A stretch of 60,497 nt of DNA, the filler included, from Circinaria calcarea (Eukaryota): NCBI GenBank assembly GCA_051942165.1. It is 8 parts of 8 records of this genome, joined end to end, with 100 filler letters (N's around TTAATTAATTAA, not from the genome) between each part and the next. Parts side by side here need not be neighbours in the genome. Positions count along the whole stretch, not along the records: positions 37,908 to 45,373 come from JAVECS010001319.1; positions 45,474 to 52,936 come from JAVECS010001320.1; 6 more parts are not named here. One strand, 5' to 3'. The translations under genes were made by a program, and so were the position numbers. Below, piece by piece: positions 38,192 to 49,734 of the stretch. The notes under the pieces are model-generated. The model had not been told where the DNA came from, ran no database searches, and was given only the letters and a program-made list of their open reading frames with translations. The number at the start of each line of letters is the position of its first letter. Position 1 is the first letter of the stretch.

Positions 38192-39979
38192 TCACTCCTC
38201 CGAAACCAAATTCGTTCCTTCTCTTAGCCCTTCAACCACTAGCTCCTCGCCCTCAGCTCGCCTGTAAATATCTCGTACATCATCTGTTCGTCCATTAGCA
38301 CAGAGCACTAGTACGCACTTGCATTTTAGAAAGCCAGCATACCCGTCGTGGTTTCGAAGTGACTTGTGGCGTCATAACTCTTGGAAATGAAGATATTGTC
38401 ATTAACTCCACTTTCCAAAGGCTCATAGAGCGGTATCGGCGGTCCCATGAATCTTTCCTCAATCTTGCCTAACCTTTCGAAGCCAGGTTGGAGCTCCAGA
38501 TGATTGTTACTTGTGTTTTCGGCGATGGTGGACACGATAGCGATGTAGTAGCCCTTGGGACAGACATTGTGCGCGGATGAGACAACAGCAATGTAAATAT
38601 CTGCGATGATCAGCACGTTAAGATGTGCTCCAAGCAGGCACTTACCGTTCTTCCGGCCAACTTGAGATTGGGGAATAATGAGCTGGCAAGAATCGCTGTT
38701 GTCCGTATTTGCAACAGGATGTGTCAAGATACAGATTGCCTTTAGCAAGTGACCCACAACCTGAACTTTGCCAGGAAAGTATGACGGGTCTGCTAGGATT
38801 TTCTTGGTCTTTGTTGTAAACTTCATGCCCTCACCTTCATCGCCCCTTTCCTTCATTGTAGCCTTGATGCCGGAGACCTTGCTACCATCATAGAGAACCT
38901 CGTCGATAGTCGTGTTGAGCATGTATGTACCCCCGTATATGGCCGATAGACGCGCAAATCCTTGAGGCAGTTCTCCTAACCCGTACAGTGGATATATGTA
39001 CGGTGACTTGCCGTACCTAGCCATCGAGTTCGCATAGAGTCGAATCCGTTGCACGGTATCCTTGGCCATTCCCTTGGTATTTATATACTCATCAGTCTGG
39101 TAGAGGGCCATTGCGTGGCCGATAAAATCTCGAGTTGTAGCCTCGAGTCCAAACTTGTCGTACACTTCCTTCATCGAGCATTGATTAAGATTTAGACCTA
39201 GGGCAAATTAGCGTTGGCGTCAAGGACTGAAATCCGGGGGTGGTTAAATTGGACTTTGTAAGGGACCTACCCCCATAAGTTGCTGGATCATCCTCATTGA
39301 ACGCCCCAACCCATTGTAAGAAATTCTTAGCTCTTCGTTTCTCAAAGAGACCCATAAGAGGCGATCGCAGAGCTTCTCCAGCATCGGAAGGGACTTTTGC
39401 AACTGTTGCCCTTGGCCCACTACCCTGTTGTACATAACTCCCCGCTATTTGCCTAAATTCTAGGTACCTTGTAACATCGGTGGAGACCAGTATATTCGTC
39501 AACTCGCCGTTAGACATAAGCAGCTTCGGAACAAGATCGATATTCCAATCGTTGACTCGGCCATATTTTTTCCAAGGTTCTATGCCTTGGGGGTAATTAC
39601 CATATCTCTTGAAGAGCTGCTTGGTATTAGCATATGTCCGAGGGCACTAGATGCAGCTACCGACAGCTTCTATGTTGACGGAGGCGGCCTCGCTGTAGGT
39701 TGTCAGATTCGGGCAGCTTCAAGATGCGTAGAGACACAAACCCTCCGTAGTGGTCATTGCGATCGATATGGAGAACTTTCTTTCCCTTAACGCTTAGTAC
39801 TCTATCTTCCGAGTCAGCTAGCTATTATATTCGATCAAGTGCTCCTCGTATACCCAGATAAGACACATTCAGTCAGGCCTAAGGAATAGTAAGCTCCATA
39901 ACTGACATGAGTGATTCGCGGGGAAAGCCCTACCAGTGCCTAGAACCACAACATCATATTCGGGTGCTATCTCGTCCAT
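38192..39979 (-). CDS. GDI1: Rab GDP-dissociation inhibitor
   Basis: MDEIAPEYDVVVLGT/GLTECVLSG/VLSVKGKKVLHIDRNDHYG/GEAAS, WNIDLVPKLLM, YGKSPYIYPLYGLGELPQGFARLSAIYGGTYML, SYDATSHFETT. Multiple introns. Confidence 0.98.
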
Positions 39980-40729
39980 GACTTCGATAGGAGATTAGGA
40001 CTTTCAAGCCAGACAATGTGACGTTCCACAAAGCTCGATAGAGTGGCTGTTGGTTGAATAATCGAATATGCGTCCAAGTGAGCTCATCGAAGCAGCCCAT
40101 TATTCGGATAAGGATAAGGTTCGGCTAGATCCGTCGGGCACACGCTTCCCCATTTAGGGGCGACTACGCCACAATAAAGAACAAACACCCTACTGAGAAA
40201 GGCTTCGTCGGAATTCAGCAAATCACAGCTTATCAGTGCTTGATTTGTTCACTGGTTTACTAATGCAAAAATTTAAGTGGAATGCTTCTATTTTCCCGCC
40301 GGAACCCCCCATCTAATACTACAAAAAATAGTGCTCTTTCCGCTCTGGAAAAGGAAGCCGCCCCACACTACGTCGACCGGTACTGTTTCCAGTTTGCAAC
40401 GGCCCATTATGAGTTGTGATCCTTGGTAGTCCTAGTAAAAGTTATGTACAGATAACAAACTGCGCCCATCATAGACCATACAGCCAGGGAGATCGCTACG
40501 TGCATACAAGGCCCCACAGACAAGGCGCGAATCATTATTGCCTGGCTCGGCCCTTCAGAAAAACCTCCAGATTTCGAAGCCTGAGTAACCTAGGTGACAA
40601 TGATCCATGTTAAGGGGCCGCCGCTGCTGCTCGAGGCTGCTCTTCCTCGGCATCTGCAGCAGCCTCAACGTGGCCGGTATTAGTAATGATTTCCCACAGT
40701 TGTTGAAAGCTTGTTTAAGATACCTAAAA

Positions 40730-41516
40730 CTATTGATGTTTATAAACTGGCTTGGTCCCCCGCGCTCTAGGATTAATCTGTGGATCCTTTGGTGCAATCT
40801 TGCGGGCATCTTCCCATGCGTACCATCGCTCAGATAAAACATGCTTGATCGCTCGCTGGGTATGTCGAACCTGTTGCCTAATATCAGTAACCCTGAAGGC
40901 GCTTCCAGTGTAAAGGAGAGAATACCGTTCTGTCCCGCTCCAGGGCTTCGTGGTCTCCATAACCTGCTTCTACTCTTTGGCGCTCATATTTCTCGGTAGC
41001 CAGTCGATTGCGCTCCTTTACACAAACCCACCATAGACAATGTAGGTCTTCGAAGGACTTGTGCCTTAACTCCTCGACAGACCAAGGTCGACCTAAAGGA
41101 CACACTCATCAGTCCCCTTCTTCGGTTCATGACGCGACTGATGACCGACCGTGCGCGTTCTCGTCCTCTGGTTTAGTCAACGACCTTTTCGCTTTATTGA
41201 AGAAGCCCCAAAGTCCATGATTCTCATCGACTTTTATCTTGGATCTCTTTGCGGGATCGAGAACAGGCTGTGGCAGCGGCTCCTTCGCCATTTGAATAGG
41301 ACGCTTCAGGCCGGTCCTGCGGAGTCCAGAGACTCCTCTGTTCTTGCTGTAATCACGCGTACGAAGGCATCGGATTGTCGATGTTGAAAACTGGGAAGTC
41401 TGCAAGGCCAGGGTAGATACATACTGCAGGGACGGCGCAAGGAAAGCTGGAGGAACGTCGAGAGCAGCCGAGGAGAAACGCAACCTGATGCTGCGAGTCA
41501 CGGCGGGCATGGACAT
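40730..41516 (-). CDS. MRPL4: Mitochondrial large-subunit ribosomal protein uL29m (MRP-L47 family)
   Basis: Mitochondrial presequence-like N-terminus; [55 protein letters not shown]. Two introns. Confidence 0.95.
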
Positions 41517-42383
41517 ATTGGTTGCAGGTTACGGAGGTACAGCGGATGGATTGGAGATGGAGAATAGATTTGGCGCGCAGCCTTACGAAGACTCGGCAGT
41601 TAGCCTCACTAGCTCAGCCTTACCTCTCTGCCGTTTATTTTCAATTATCAGTGAGTTATGTTTAGGATTTGCTGCGTTATCGATCACGAGATCTACAGCT
41701 GAGTCTGCGCAACGCCCTGTCAAACGAGATATATGAGAAGACGAGTCGAATATCGGTGAAAATTCGAACATGAGTTGTGCAAGCCGAATGCTCATAGCAA
41801 GCTGTGGAAGGCTGCAAGTAGAACCAATCCAGTACACTTGACAGCTACCTTTCCCCCATCACTTTCCATGGTTATCGGCGGCTCAGCTTCAGCCAGTGTG
41901 AGACTCTAGCTATTGTAAAGTCTCCGTTGTTCGGGTGTAGTTTTTCCTGAGTCGGCTTAAACGTTGGCTGATCTGCTTCCGAGGGGAAGCGCCATACTCT
42001 CTTGAAGGAGGTATGTATGGCATATACAACTCTATGTATCTCGGTTCCTGATTGCGCTTTGTTTCAGGCACTCCTTGAGGACCTAAGACTTGCGAAGGAA
42101 ACTCGGTGTAACAAGGGAGGCTTGCGTAGTGAGTAATTATAGGTGCATGAGGCATCGGTAGCTGCGGCCGCTAAGGAAGTAGCGTTCTGCCTAACCGTCT
42201 ATAGTCGCACGACCTCAAAGCCCACAAGGTTTCCGTTATTCAACCTCACTCTATCTCCATCTTCAGTTGTGTCTGGCCAGATCAGAATTGTTGTTTTGCC
42301 GCCTTTGGGGACAACTAAACACTTCTCTGAAATTTTAATAAGCGTATCGTAGACTACAAAGCATCCTGCAACGACAGACCAAC

Positions 42384-44446
42384 ATGAATCGACCTGGTAT
42401 GTACCTGTTTGTTTTGCTTTCGTGCGTGTTTATATGTTAAAGACAGCTGTCCCGTTTTGAAGACTCACATCCGCAAACAGTATGAATTGAGGATGCTCTT
42501 TTTCTCACCAATATTCGGCGGACATGGTTTTCCTCCTTGTACAATTTCAACCTCGAAGACTTGAGATGTGATGACCTTGCTGCAGGCGCTGATATGGGAG
42601 ATGATATAAAAACAACTTTCCATTTCATCATAGGCCTATCAACTTACTCCTAGCTATTTTATCGCGTTTCCTGGCTAACAAGACTCGCTCTTTTACATTG
42701 GCGGAACTAGGTGTGAGATTCGGTCATTTACCTGTTTACACTATCGAGCGAGCTCATCATTCAATTGCATACTTTTCGCTGTTGATATAATTGCATGTCG
42801 TTAAATTTTATGCTAACTTGATCTTACACGCATAGCCCCCGGTCCTCCCCCAGCTCTTCGGGGCATCCCTGGTTTCCCAGTTCAGCAAGCACCTCAGAAC
42901 CGCGGTACCCCTGTAGGATCAGGTCGGCTACAAAACGGTAAACAGAGTATGTTTATATGGAGACTATCGATCCCCATGATACGTTCTAACAATATCAAGG
43001 TACGGGGTCCAACTGGGGTTTCGGATCCGGCCTACCACCTACTCCTCAAACAAGGAATCCGGGAGGCGCTATTTCAAGTGGAATCGCTCAACCACCGGAC
43101 CTTTCGTAAGTGGCTCCTATCCTCCTCCACATCACGTAAAATGTTATCGAGCACAATCTCGAACATCGATATTTCATCAGTGCCCTCCTCGCCATTAGAA
43201 GAGAGGTCGTTCTCCAGGGTCTGGAGTGAAGTATATGCTGATGCTTGCAGTGAGTTCCCTTCCCTTGTGGGCTCCCCACAGGCGCAAAGCCAAGCCATTG
43301 GGCAAGCCGTGTGGGCAAATGCCACACAGCGGACAGGAGGCCCACGCCAGCAGCAGGCTAACAATGCACCACATCCTCAAGAAGAAGTTCAGATATCGTC
43401 CGATGGCTCCCTTCCGGGTCAAATCATCGACGAGTTTCCTCCTCTAAATCGAAATGGACACGGCGAGATCGGTCAAGACAGACGTGGTAACATGATGCAA
43501 AATGTGGCTACATCAAGAGCATTTGGAACCAGCGGTACCGATGATACTGCCTTATCTGCTCTTCTGGATAGCCAAATGAATCTGAGGGCTTCGATCGCTA
43601 CACAGGACGAGCCTCGATCATCGTCTCAGAACCAGTCACAGCCTTCCCGACCGCAACAGTATCAGGCGGGTTTCACCAGCAATCTTGGAGATTCACCTAG
43701 TGCCACGCAACCAAGGGAGAGGACTCCGCTTTCTCAGATGAGTGAGCTAGACCGCTGGGGTTTGGCAGGTCTCTTGGAGACGGTGAGAAACGACAATCCG
43801 GATGTGGCAAGCCTGGCTGTTGGTCACGACTTGATGACTCTCGGACTTGACTTGAACTCTCCTGAGTAAATAATCCACGAAGCCTGGAAATTTCTCATGC
43901 TGATCCACATTTGCAGACCATTGTGGCCTACATTCGCCGGACCCTTCGCCAATTTCCCAGCTCGGCTACTACAGCCTGAATTCACCCTCCCAGCATGTTA
44001 CACTGTCCACAACACACACAAACAAGAAGAGAAAGCCCCAAGCTTCTCCGATGAGACTCTGTTCTACATGTTCTACACAATGCCAAGGGACGTCATGCAG
44101 GAGGTTGCCGCTATAGAGCTGTAAGTGCCATACCTAAAATGCATACAAGGTCTCTTGCTGACTTAAACTAGTACCCACCGAAATTGGCGTTACCATAAAG
44201 AAATGAGACAGTGGTTGACAAAGGACGCCCAGTTTGCAGATCCTCAGCCAATCAGCCAGGAGGCTGAGCGTGGCCGCTACGTCATCTTCAATGAAAAAAC
44301 ATGGACGCGGGAAAGTGTAAGCTTCTTACATGATTGGAATATCCGGAACTTGCCGACTAAACTCATAGCGTGATTTTATACTTAGATACGCGGACCTCGA
44401 TGACCATATTACCATCCGTAACCAGGCTGCTGGAAGCATGGTCTAG
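42384..44446 (+). CDS. NOT2: CCR4-NOT complex subunit Not2 (Cdc36)
   Basis: MNRP/APGPPPALRG start; DLSEFPSL; DRWGLAGLL...GHDLMTLGLDLNSPE/PLWPTF; NOT box FSDETLFYMFYTMPRDVMQEVAAIEL/THRNWRYHK. Confidence 0.95.
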
Positions 44447-44892
44447 AGTGATTGGTTATGAGAATGTGGAAGGGGTCTTGCATGAATCATTGGCATCAAA
44501 GATGACTTGGACAGTTTGAACGACTGGAATTGTCTTGATTTTTGCAAGGTGCTGAGGCGTACGATACCCATCTGCTTGAAACAGCTCACCATAATGTCTG
44601 AGCGACTTGTTCGTCATGAGGGGCAAAAGAGCTGCTGGGCTGATGGTTCTGGCGTCCTAATTCAACCAACTAGCAAGCTCGAATAACATTCGACCACCCG
44701 AAACACCTGGCTCTGGACCGACATGGGAATAACTATGTGATCGTGTGACATGGGCTGCCTTGGTACTTTGAATCCATCGCACGTAAGCAAGTGGCCAGTC
44801 GAGGTATCGTAAACTCGTCAGCTTAGCCAGCTAACAAAAGGCTCGATGATATTTTCTGCCGTGCTCGGACACTTGCCTAATCCGATCCAAAG

Positions 44893-45373
44893 CTAGCTCT
44901 TTGCCTTTTGCCTCTCCACTGCCTCAATAACCTGCCTGCCTCCCTTCAAGCCCGTCACTCCCTTCCCCATTCCTCTCCAGAACTCCTCCCTCTCCTTCAG
45001 TAGCTCCGCACACCACTCCTTTACCTCATCTAGAACGATCCTTTCCGACACCCACACAAACTCCCCGAGATCCACCCTCCCTTCCTCCTTGCGTTCATAC
45101 TCCATCATCTGTAGTACTAGCTCCAACTTGTCCACATCGTGCACAAACATCGCTTCCAGCGTCTTCCCGTCCTCATACTCCTGCCACACCTCCATAATTC
45201 CCTCTCCCGCTTCTCTCCCTCCTCCACCCACAGCCCCTAACAATCCTTCCGTCAGAAACTTCATCGTCTCCTTCTCCCTCCGACTCTTCTCCTTCTTTAG
45301 TATCCCATCCGTAGGCGTTATGTCGCCAACAAGTGATTCCGCCATATCGTGCACCAGCGCCATTTTCGTGCAG
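44893..45373 (-). CDS. HD-domain 5'-deoxynucleotidase (HDDC2/YGK1-like), 3' part
   Basis: MALVHDMAESLVGDITP, WQEYE, FVHDVDKLELVLQMMEYE. Confidence 0.93.
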
Positions 45374-45473
45374 NNNNNNNNNNNNNNNNNNNNNNNNNNN
45401 NNNNNNNNNNNNNNNNNTTAATTAATTAANNNNNNNNNNNNNNNNNNNNNNNNNNNNNNNNNNNNNNNNNNNN
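45374..45473. other. Artificial contig spacer
   Basis: N44-TTAATTAATTAA-N44. Confidence 0.99.
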
Positions 45474-45655
45474 AGCTGGGAGCGCCACCCAGAGGGAGTA
45501 CCGTGCAGGAGAAAGATGCTTACGTCGCCGGTCTAAGGCAACTCATCCAAGACATGCGTATGAGAAAAGTCACTGACTTTAGCACCGTCGCCACTGAAAT
45601 TGCGGCATATCGCACCAAATACGTCGGAGATAAATCCAGCATATTGCCGTTATAG
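45474..45655 (+). CDS. 3' end of an unidentified protein
   Basis: Open frame from the contig edge, LGAPPRGSTVQEKDAYVAGLRQLIQDMRMRKVTDFSTVATEIAAYRTKYVGDKSSILPL*, followed by 3'UTR-like T-rich sequence. Confidence 0.6.
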
Positions 45656-46374
45656 GCATTGTAGTCCCTTTTTTCTGGATTCTCTTCCCTCTTTACATTT
45701 TTCATTTCGACGACTCGTAGATGCATACCCGATTGCATCAGCAGAGTACTTGGGCTGTAATGAAGCCAGCTACTTGCAACATACGCAAGATAATCAGAAC
45801 ATCATCCCGGCTGCCCGTGTAGCTTACTACTCTCTACCTTTTCTCCATATTTGTTCTACAAATCCTTTACTATGCATGTTCCAGCATAGCGTCCGGCGCA
45901 TCGAGCAGGTAGATACCCCCTCCCCGGTATAGCATTGCGGAGGCGACGGCATCTACTTTTTCCTGGTACAGGATAATTTGGGCCATGCTTAGGGGCTTCT
46001 GGACATAATAATGGGCTGGCTGAGATATCTGCTATAAGGGGCAGTGTACTTTATGATGGTAGATGGGGTGGTGGTTATTCTAGATCTATCTAGCTGCATA
46101 CTTGATAAAAAAGCCGATTCCATCCATCCATTGTTGATGCGTCTTGTTAGCTTAAGTAATGGGATTGTGTTGTAGAAATGTGATTGTTGATTATTCGGGT
46201 ACCTGGCTTTGCATGATGGCCTGAATGGTAGGTGAGCGCATTCGTTACTGGCCAACGTAGGGTTCTTTGACTTCGGATTCATCGGTGAGGTTCGAGGAAG
46301 TAGTCAGACCATCTATCTCACTATAATTACCTTAGGTAGGGCTTCTCCCTTTATCCCCACTGTCGCTAAGGTAG

Positions 46375-46873
46375 GTACCTTTGGAGATGCTGGAAGAGTG
46401 ACCTCAGGGGATTATCTCGATTAAAATAAGTTCGATGAATAATTCGTTGGAAATCTTGCGGCAGTCGTATCAAGAACATCCGCTCATCCTCCAATACTGC
46501 GCAGTAGCATGCCTACAGCCATCGAAGCATCCCACGAGCTTGGCTCGAGAGATATGGATACGAGTCACTTGACTGGTTTGACTGCTATGCTAAGTATTGC
46601 TGGCAGAGAGCCTTCTGTAAGTCTCCTTCTATGTCTCCGAGGCTGACCCAACGCTGCAGAAACCTCCTGAGATGGCGCGTTTACTTGATGCTCTTATCCA
46701 TAATGCGTTCATGCATTGCGGGTTATCGTCCCCAGTCGTACCTGCATTGACGGGAACTCCGGAAAAAGTAAGTAGGTACCTTACCACGAGTGATTTCTAT
46801 AGAGGACTTGCAGAGAGGAGGACCTGGAGAAAGAGGAGGACCCGGGGAAAGAGGAGGACCCGGGGAAAGATGA
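46375..46873 (+). pseudogene. Spliced gene relic with RIP-like TAA stops
   Basis: One frame GTFGDAGRVTSGDYLD*NKFDE*FVG...MPTAIE...REPS, a canonical 43-nt intron at 46617-46659 (GTAAGT..GCTGAC..CAG), an in-frame exon KPPEMARLL...TPEK, and a second GTAAGT donor at 46768. Confidence 0.45.
46814..46870 (+). repeat. 18-bp tandem repeat x3
   Basis: AGAGGAGGACCTGGAGAA / AGAGGAGGACCCGGGGAA / AGAGGAGGACCCGGGGAA. Confidence 0.95.
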
Positions 46874-47384
46874 TTGCCATCGGGGATGGCATATCAGGCG
46901 TGGGGCTTTAATCGCTGGGAAAGAGGTGGGCTCTAGGAATATAATAGATCTAAAGAGGTGTGCATTGTATATTGGGAGCGGATACGGAAGACAGTGTTAG
47001 AGAAGCTTCTGTGTTACTTCTGTTTATTTTTGGCGGTGCCAATTGAGTGCTAGATTCTGTGTGTATATAAAACTAAGTCTCTTTGGCTAAAATCGAGTGT
47101 CTGTAGCCAAGATGCGATGTGGGAATACGTGGAGATTGTGACTAAGACTTTGCGCAAGGTTCTCCGCATACTGAAATTTTCCCCAACCTCGACAGCAAGC
47201 ATTCAGATACAGAAGTGGGCCTTTTTTGCAAAGTATTATCTAACTTGCGAATGTATTTGAAAGCGGATTCCCCATATTTCTAGATAGAACTTCTATGCTA
47301 TATCATACAGAGAAAAGCGATCCTGCAATCGGGGATAAGTAACTTGCCGACCAGAGATGCGTAATCCCTCTTGTTTATCATGCG

Positions 47385-47449
47385 CAAAGCCCTTCTCTTA
47401 ACCTTACTCAAAGCCCTCCTCTTTACCTTTTTCAAAGCCCTTCTTTTGC
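47385..47449. repeat. 24-bp tandem repeat x2.7 just downstream of the 582-aa ORF
   Basis: CAAAGCCCTTCTCTTAACCTTACT / CAAAGCCCTCCTCTTTACCTTTTT / CAAAGCCCTTCTTTTGC. Confidence 0.9.
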
Positions 47450-47467
47450 AGTGTATATCCGTTTTCT

Positions 47468-49216
47468 TTATACTAGCTCGTCAGACATAAGCTCATCAAA
47501 ATTCTCATCGGGCGGGTTGTCCAAATCAATTGTGTCTTTGAGCTCTTCGGCCAATGCATCTAGCTCCTCGTTATCGGAAAACTCCATGATTATATCAAAA
47601 TCCTCGGATACGCTCAGAGGTTTCTCAGCTTCCCATTTCACGGCAATCGCTTCCAATTGCTTGAGCTTGGGATTTTCACGCATTGCCACCGGAGAATCAA
47701 GCTTCTCGGGCTCTTCCTGTTTGATGTTATGGATGAATTGAGCATAGGCTTCCTCCTCCATTTGTCTCATCAAGTCCTGATTTTCTTGTATACTTTTATA
47801 TGCGGCGACTATCACCTGACCCTCGAAAGTTGTTTGACTTTGTTTCTCGAATAACTTCTTCTCAGCGGCTCTGTGATTTCTGGCCTCCTCTCGGGCTTTA
47901 GCGATTTCTTCAATAAGTTTGCGATTCTCTGCCTCGATTTGAAGCCGTTGTTTCTCCAGCTTGGCAGTCGCTTCACGTAGCTGTGCTAGTCGAGTTGGAT
48001 CGAGGTAGCGAGCGATTGCATTCCTTCTCATCTGTCTCCGCCAATCAATCTCGAGTGCTTTTTGAAGATGATCTAGCTTAGTGAACACCTTGATCGCATT
48101 TTTTCCCAAAGATTCCTCCTGTCCGTTTAAGCTATACGCGGGTGCGCTCCCTGTAGCGGCACAATTCAAACCCCCATGTTCAATATAGGACGAGCAGAGG
48201 ACTGATCCGAGAATCTCGGAAATCTGAGGAAGAAAGTCTTTTTCCCATACCCTGAAGAGACAAAGCTGTGTGGGATTTGGAAACCTAACGCTCATCAAAC
48301 CTGGATTGATGCGAGTGTAGGCATTGAGCCAGCCGTAGACATACGAGGTGGAGCTGTTGGTGACATGTTGTTTGAATCGTGCCTTCAAATCCACTGCCCA
48401 CCCGACCTCGGTAGGGCATCTCAAATGAGGGATATCCCGCCTTGAAGGGGCTACATCCAAGTAGAACGTTTTGTCCACCCACTTTCCCCAAGATAGCAAA
48501 TCGTCCTTGGAGGCTGAGTTCTTTGCATAACTGCGAGTGTTGGGATCGTTGACAGCGCCAGCTTTAACGGACTCGGACGGTGGATTGAACACCCCGTCAA
48601 TACGTTGGGCGAGGTTCAGGTCTGGTGTGTTCTCATCGAGATATCTTTCCAACGCCTGCACCATGGCATGAACTTCAGAACCTGATAGCCATCTCCCAGG
48701 ATAAGGCAAACCCCCGCTATGAGCGAGTCCCGTGGCCTCTTTGCCTCTCGCAACAATGTTGATATACACCCCGGGATTCGAGTCGGGTGCCATCCATTTA
48801 TCGACGAAATTTCTGATAAAAGGACTTGCATCATAATCACTCGTAAGAGTGTTTTTGATCAGAGATTCGAGCACTATTATCGGGAGAGTAAGTAGCTGAA
48901 GATAGATGTAATATCTCTTTGATGAGAAGTCCTCAGCCACCAAGATCCATGATGATTTCTTGGAGCTTTTGTCCTTAAGCATTTCATTCGCATATCGATA
49001 GATTTCGGATGCCAGCCCCCAGTGACCTTCAGTCTGCAAAGCCATAAGCATGCGCTGTTGCTCGTTGGTCTGAACAGGAGTATCAGGATCTGGCTGGACC
49101 TTGGCTGCTTCCACGAAGTCTAGTGCAAGCGTTGGAGTTGGCTGCGTTGGGTATAGGAGGATAGCTGGACGGCTCAAGCTGCGAATAGCTTGGGATGCTC
49201 GCTGTTGGCTCGACAT
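47468..49216 (-). CDS. Intronless 582-aa protein: putative divergent GIY-YIG-like nuclease plus coiled coil and acidic tail
   Basis: The ORF itself is secure. Motif order G149-V-Y ... E270-V-G-W-A-V-D-L-K-A-R280-F-K-Q-H284 ... E334 ... G-G-L-N351 parallels GIY...YIG.T.NL..R..QH...E...N. The domain assignment is inferred by eye. Confidence 0.6.
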   Translation of the reverse strand: MSSQQRASQAIRSLSRPAILLYPTQPTPTLALDFVEAAKVQPDPDTPVQTNEQQRMLMALQTEGHWGLASEIYRYANEMLKDKSSKKSSWILVAEDFSSKRYYIYLQLLTLPIIVLESLIKNTLTSDYDASPFIRNFVDKWMAPDSNPGVYINIVARGKEATGLAHSGGLPYPGRWLSGSEVHAMVQALERYLDENTPDLNLAQRIDGVFNPPSESVKAGAVNDPNTRSYAKNSASKDDLLSWGKWVDKTFYLDVAPSRRDIPHLRCPTEVGWAVDLKARFKQHVTNSSTSYVYGWLNAYTRINPGLMSVRFPNPTQLCLFRVWEKDFLPQISEILGSVLCSSYIEHGGLNCAATGSAPAYSLNGQEESLGKNAIKVFTKLDHLQKALEIDWRRQMRRNAIARYLDPTRLAQLREATAKLEKQRLQIEAENRKLIEEIAKAREEARNHRAAEKKLFEKQSQTTFEGQVIVAAYKSIQENQDLMRQMEEEAYAQFIHNIKQEEPEKLDSPVAMRENPKLKQLEAIAVKWEAEKPLSVSEDFDIIMEFSDNEELDALAEELKDTIDLDNPPDENFDELMSDELV

Positions 49217-49535
49217 GATGCCTCTTTGTTTTGGATAAAGACAAGTAAAATTCTGCAGGAAAGACGGATCTAAGAGGAATGGTGGTCAAGGGCTCTTGAG
49301 CTTTGAGAAGGAGAGTCGTGATCTAAAGGTAGCAGAGAGGTCTCGACCATGGGGGCATAATAGACTCCGAGTGGCAAAATTAAGCGAGATGTATTATTTA
49401 CTGTGCGTAATATTGAGCTCATATTCACTATTGCTCTATACTGATTACCACCTCCAGGCAGATAAATTTCACGCCACGGTCTAAGCTCTGTATTGCTCGC
49501 CTACAGCCCACAAGTCGTTAATTCCACTTCACCAC

Positions 49536-49583
49536 CATCGTCACTTTACATCGTCACTTTACATCTTCACTTTACATCTTCAC
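49536..49583. repeat. 13-bp tandem repeat x3.7 in the divergent intergenic region
   Basis: CATCGTCACTTTA x2, CATCTTCACTTTA, CATCTTCAC. Confidence 0.95.
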
Positions 49584-49734
49584 AATCACAGCCATTGCAA
49601 CACGTTACGGTTTGGACTACAAGCTATTAAATTTATCAATCAATAACTCTTGGAGGACCTTGCCTGCTGCTACCAAGCCACAAGCCTTCGAGTTTTCAGC
49701 CAAGCTGTTTACCTTTTCAAACTCCGGAAACATC

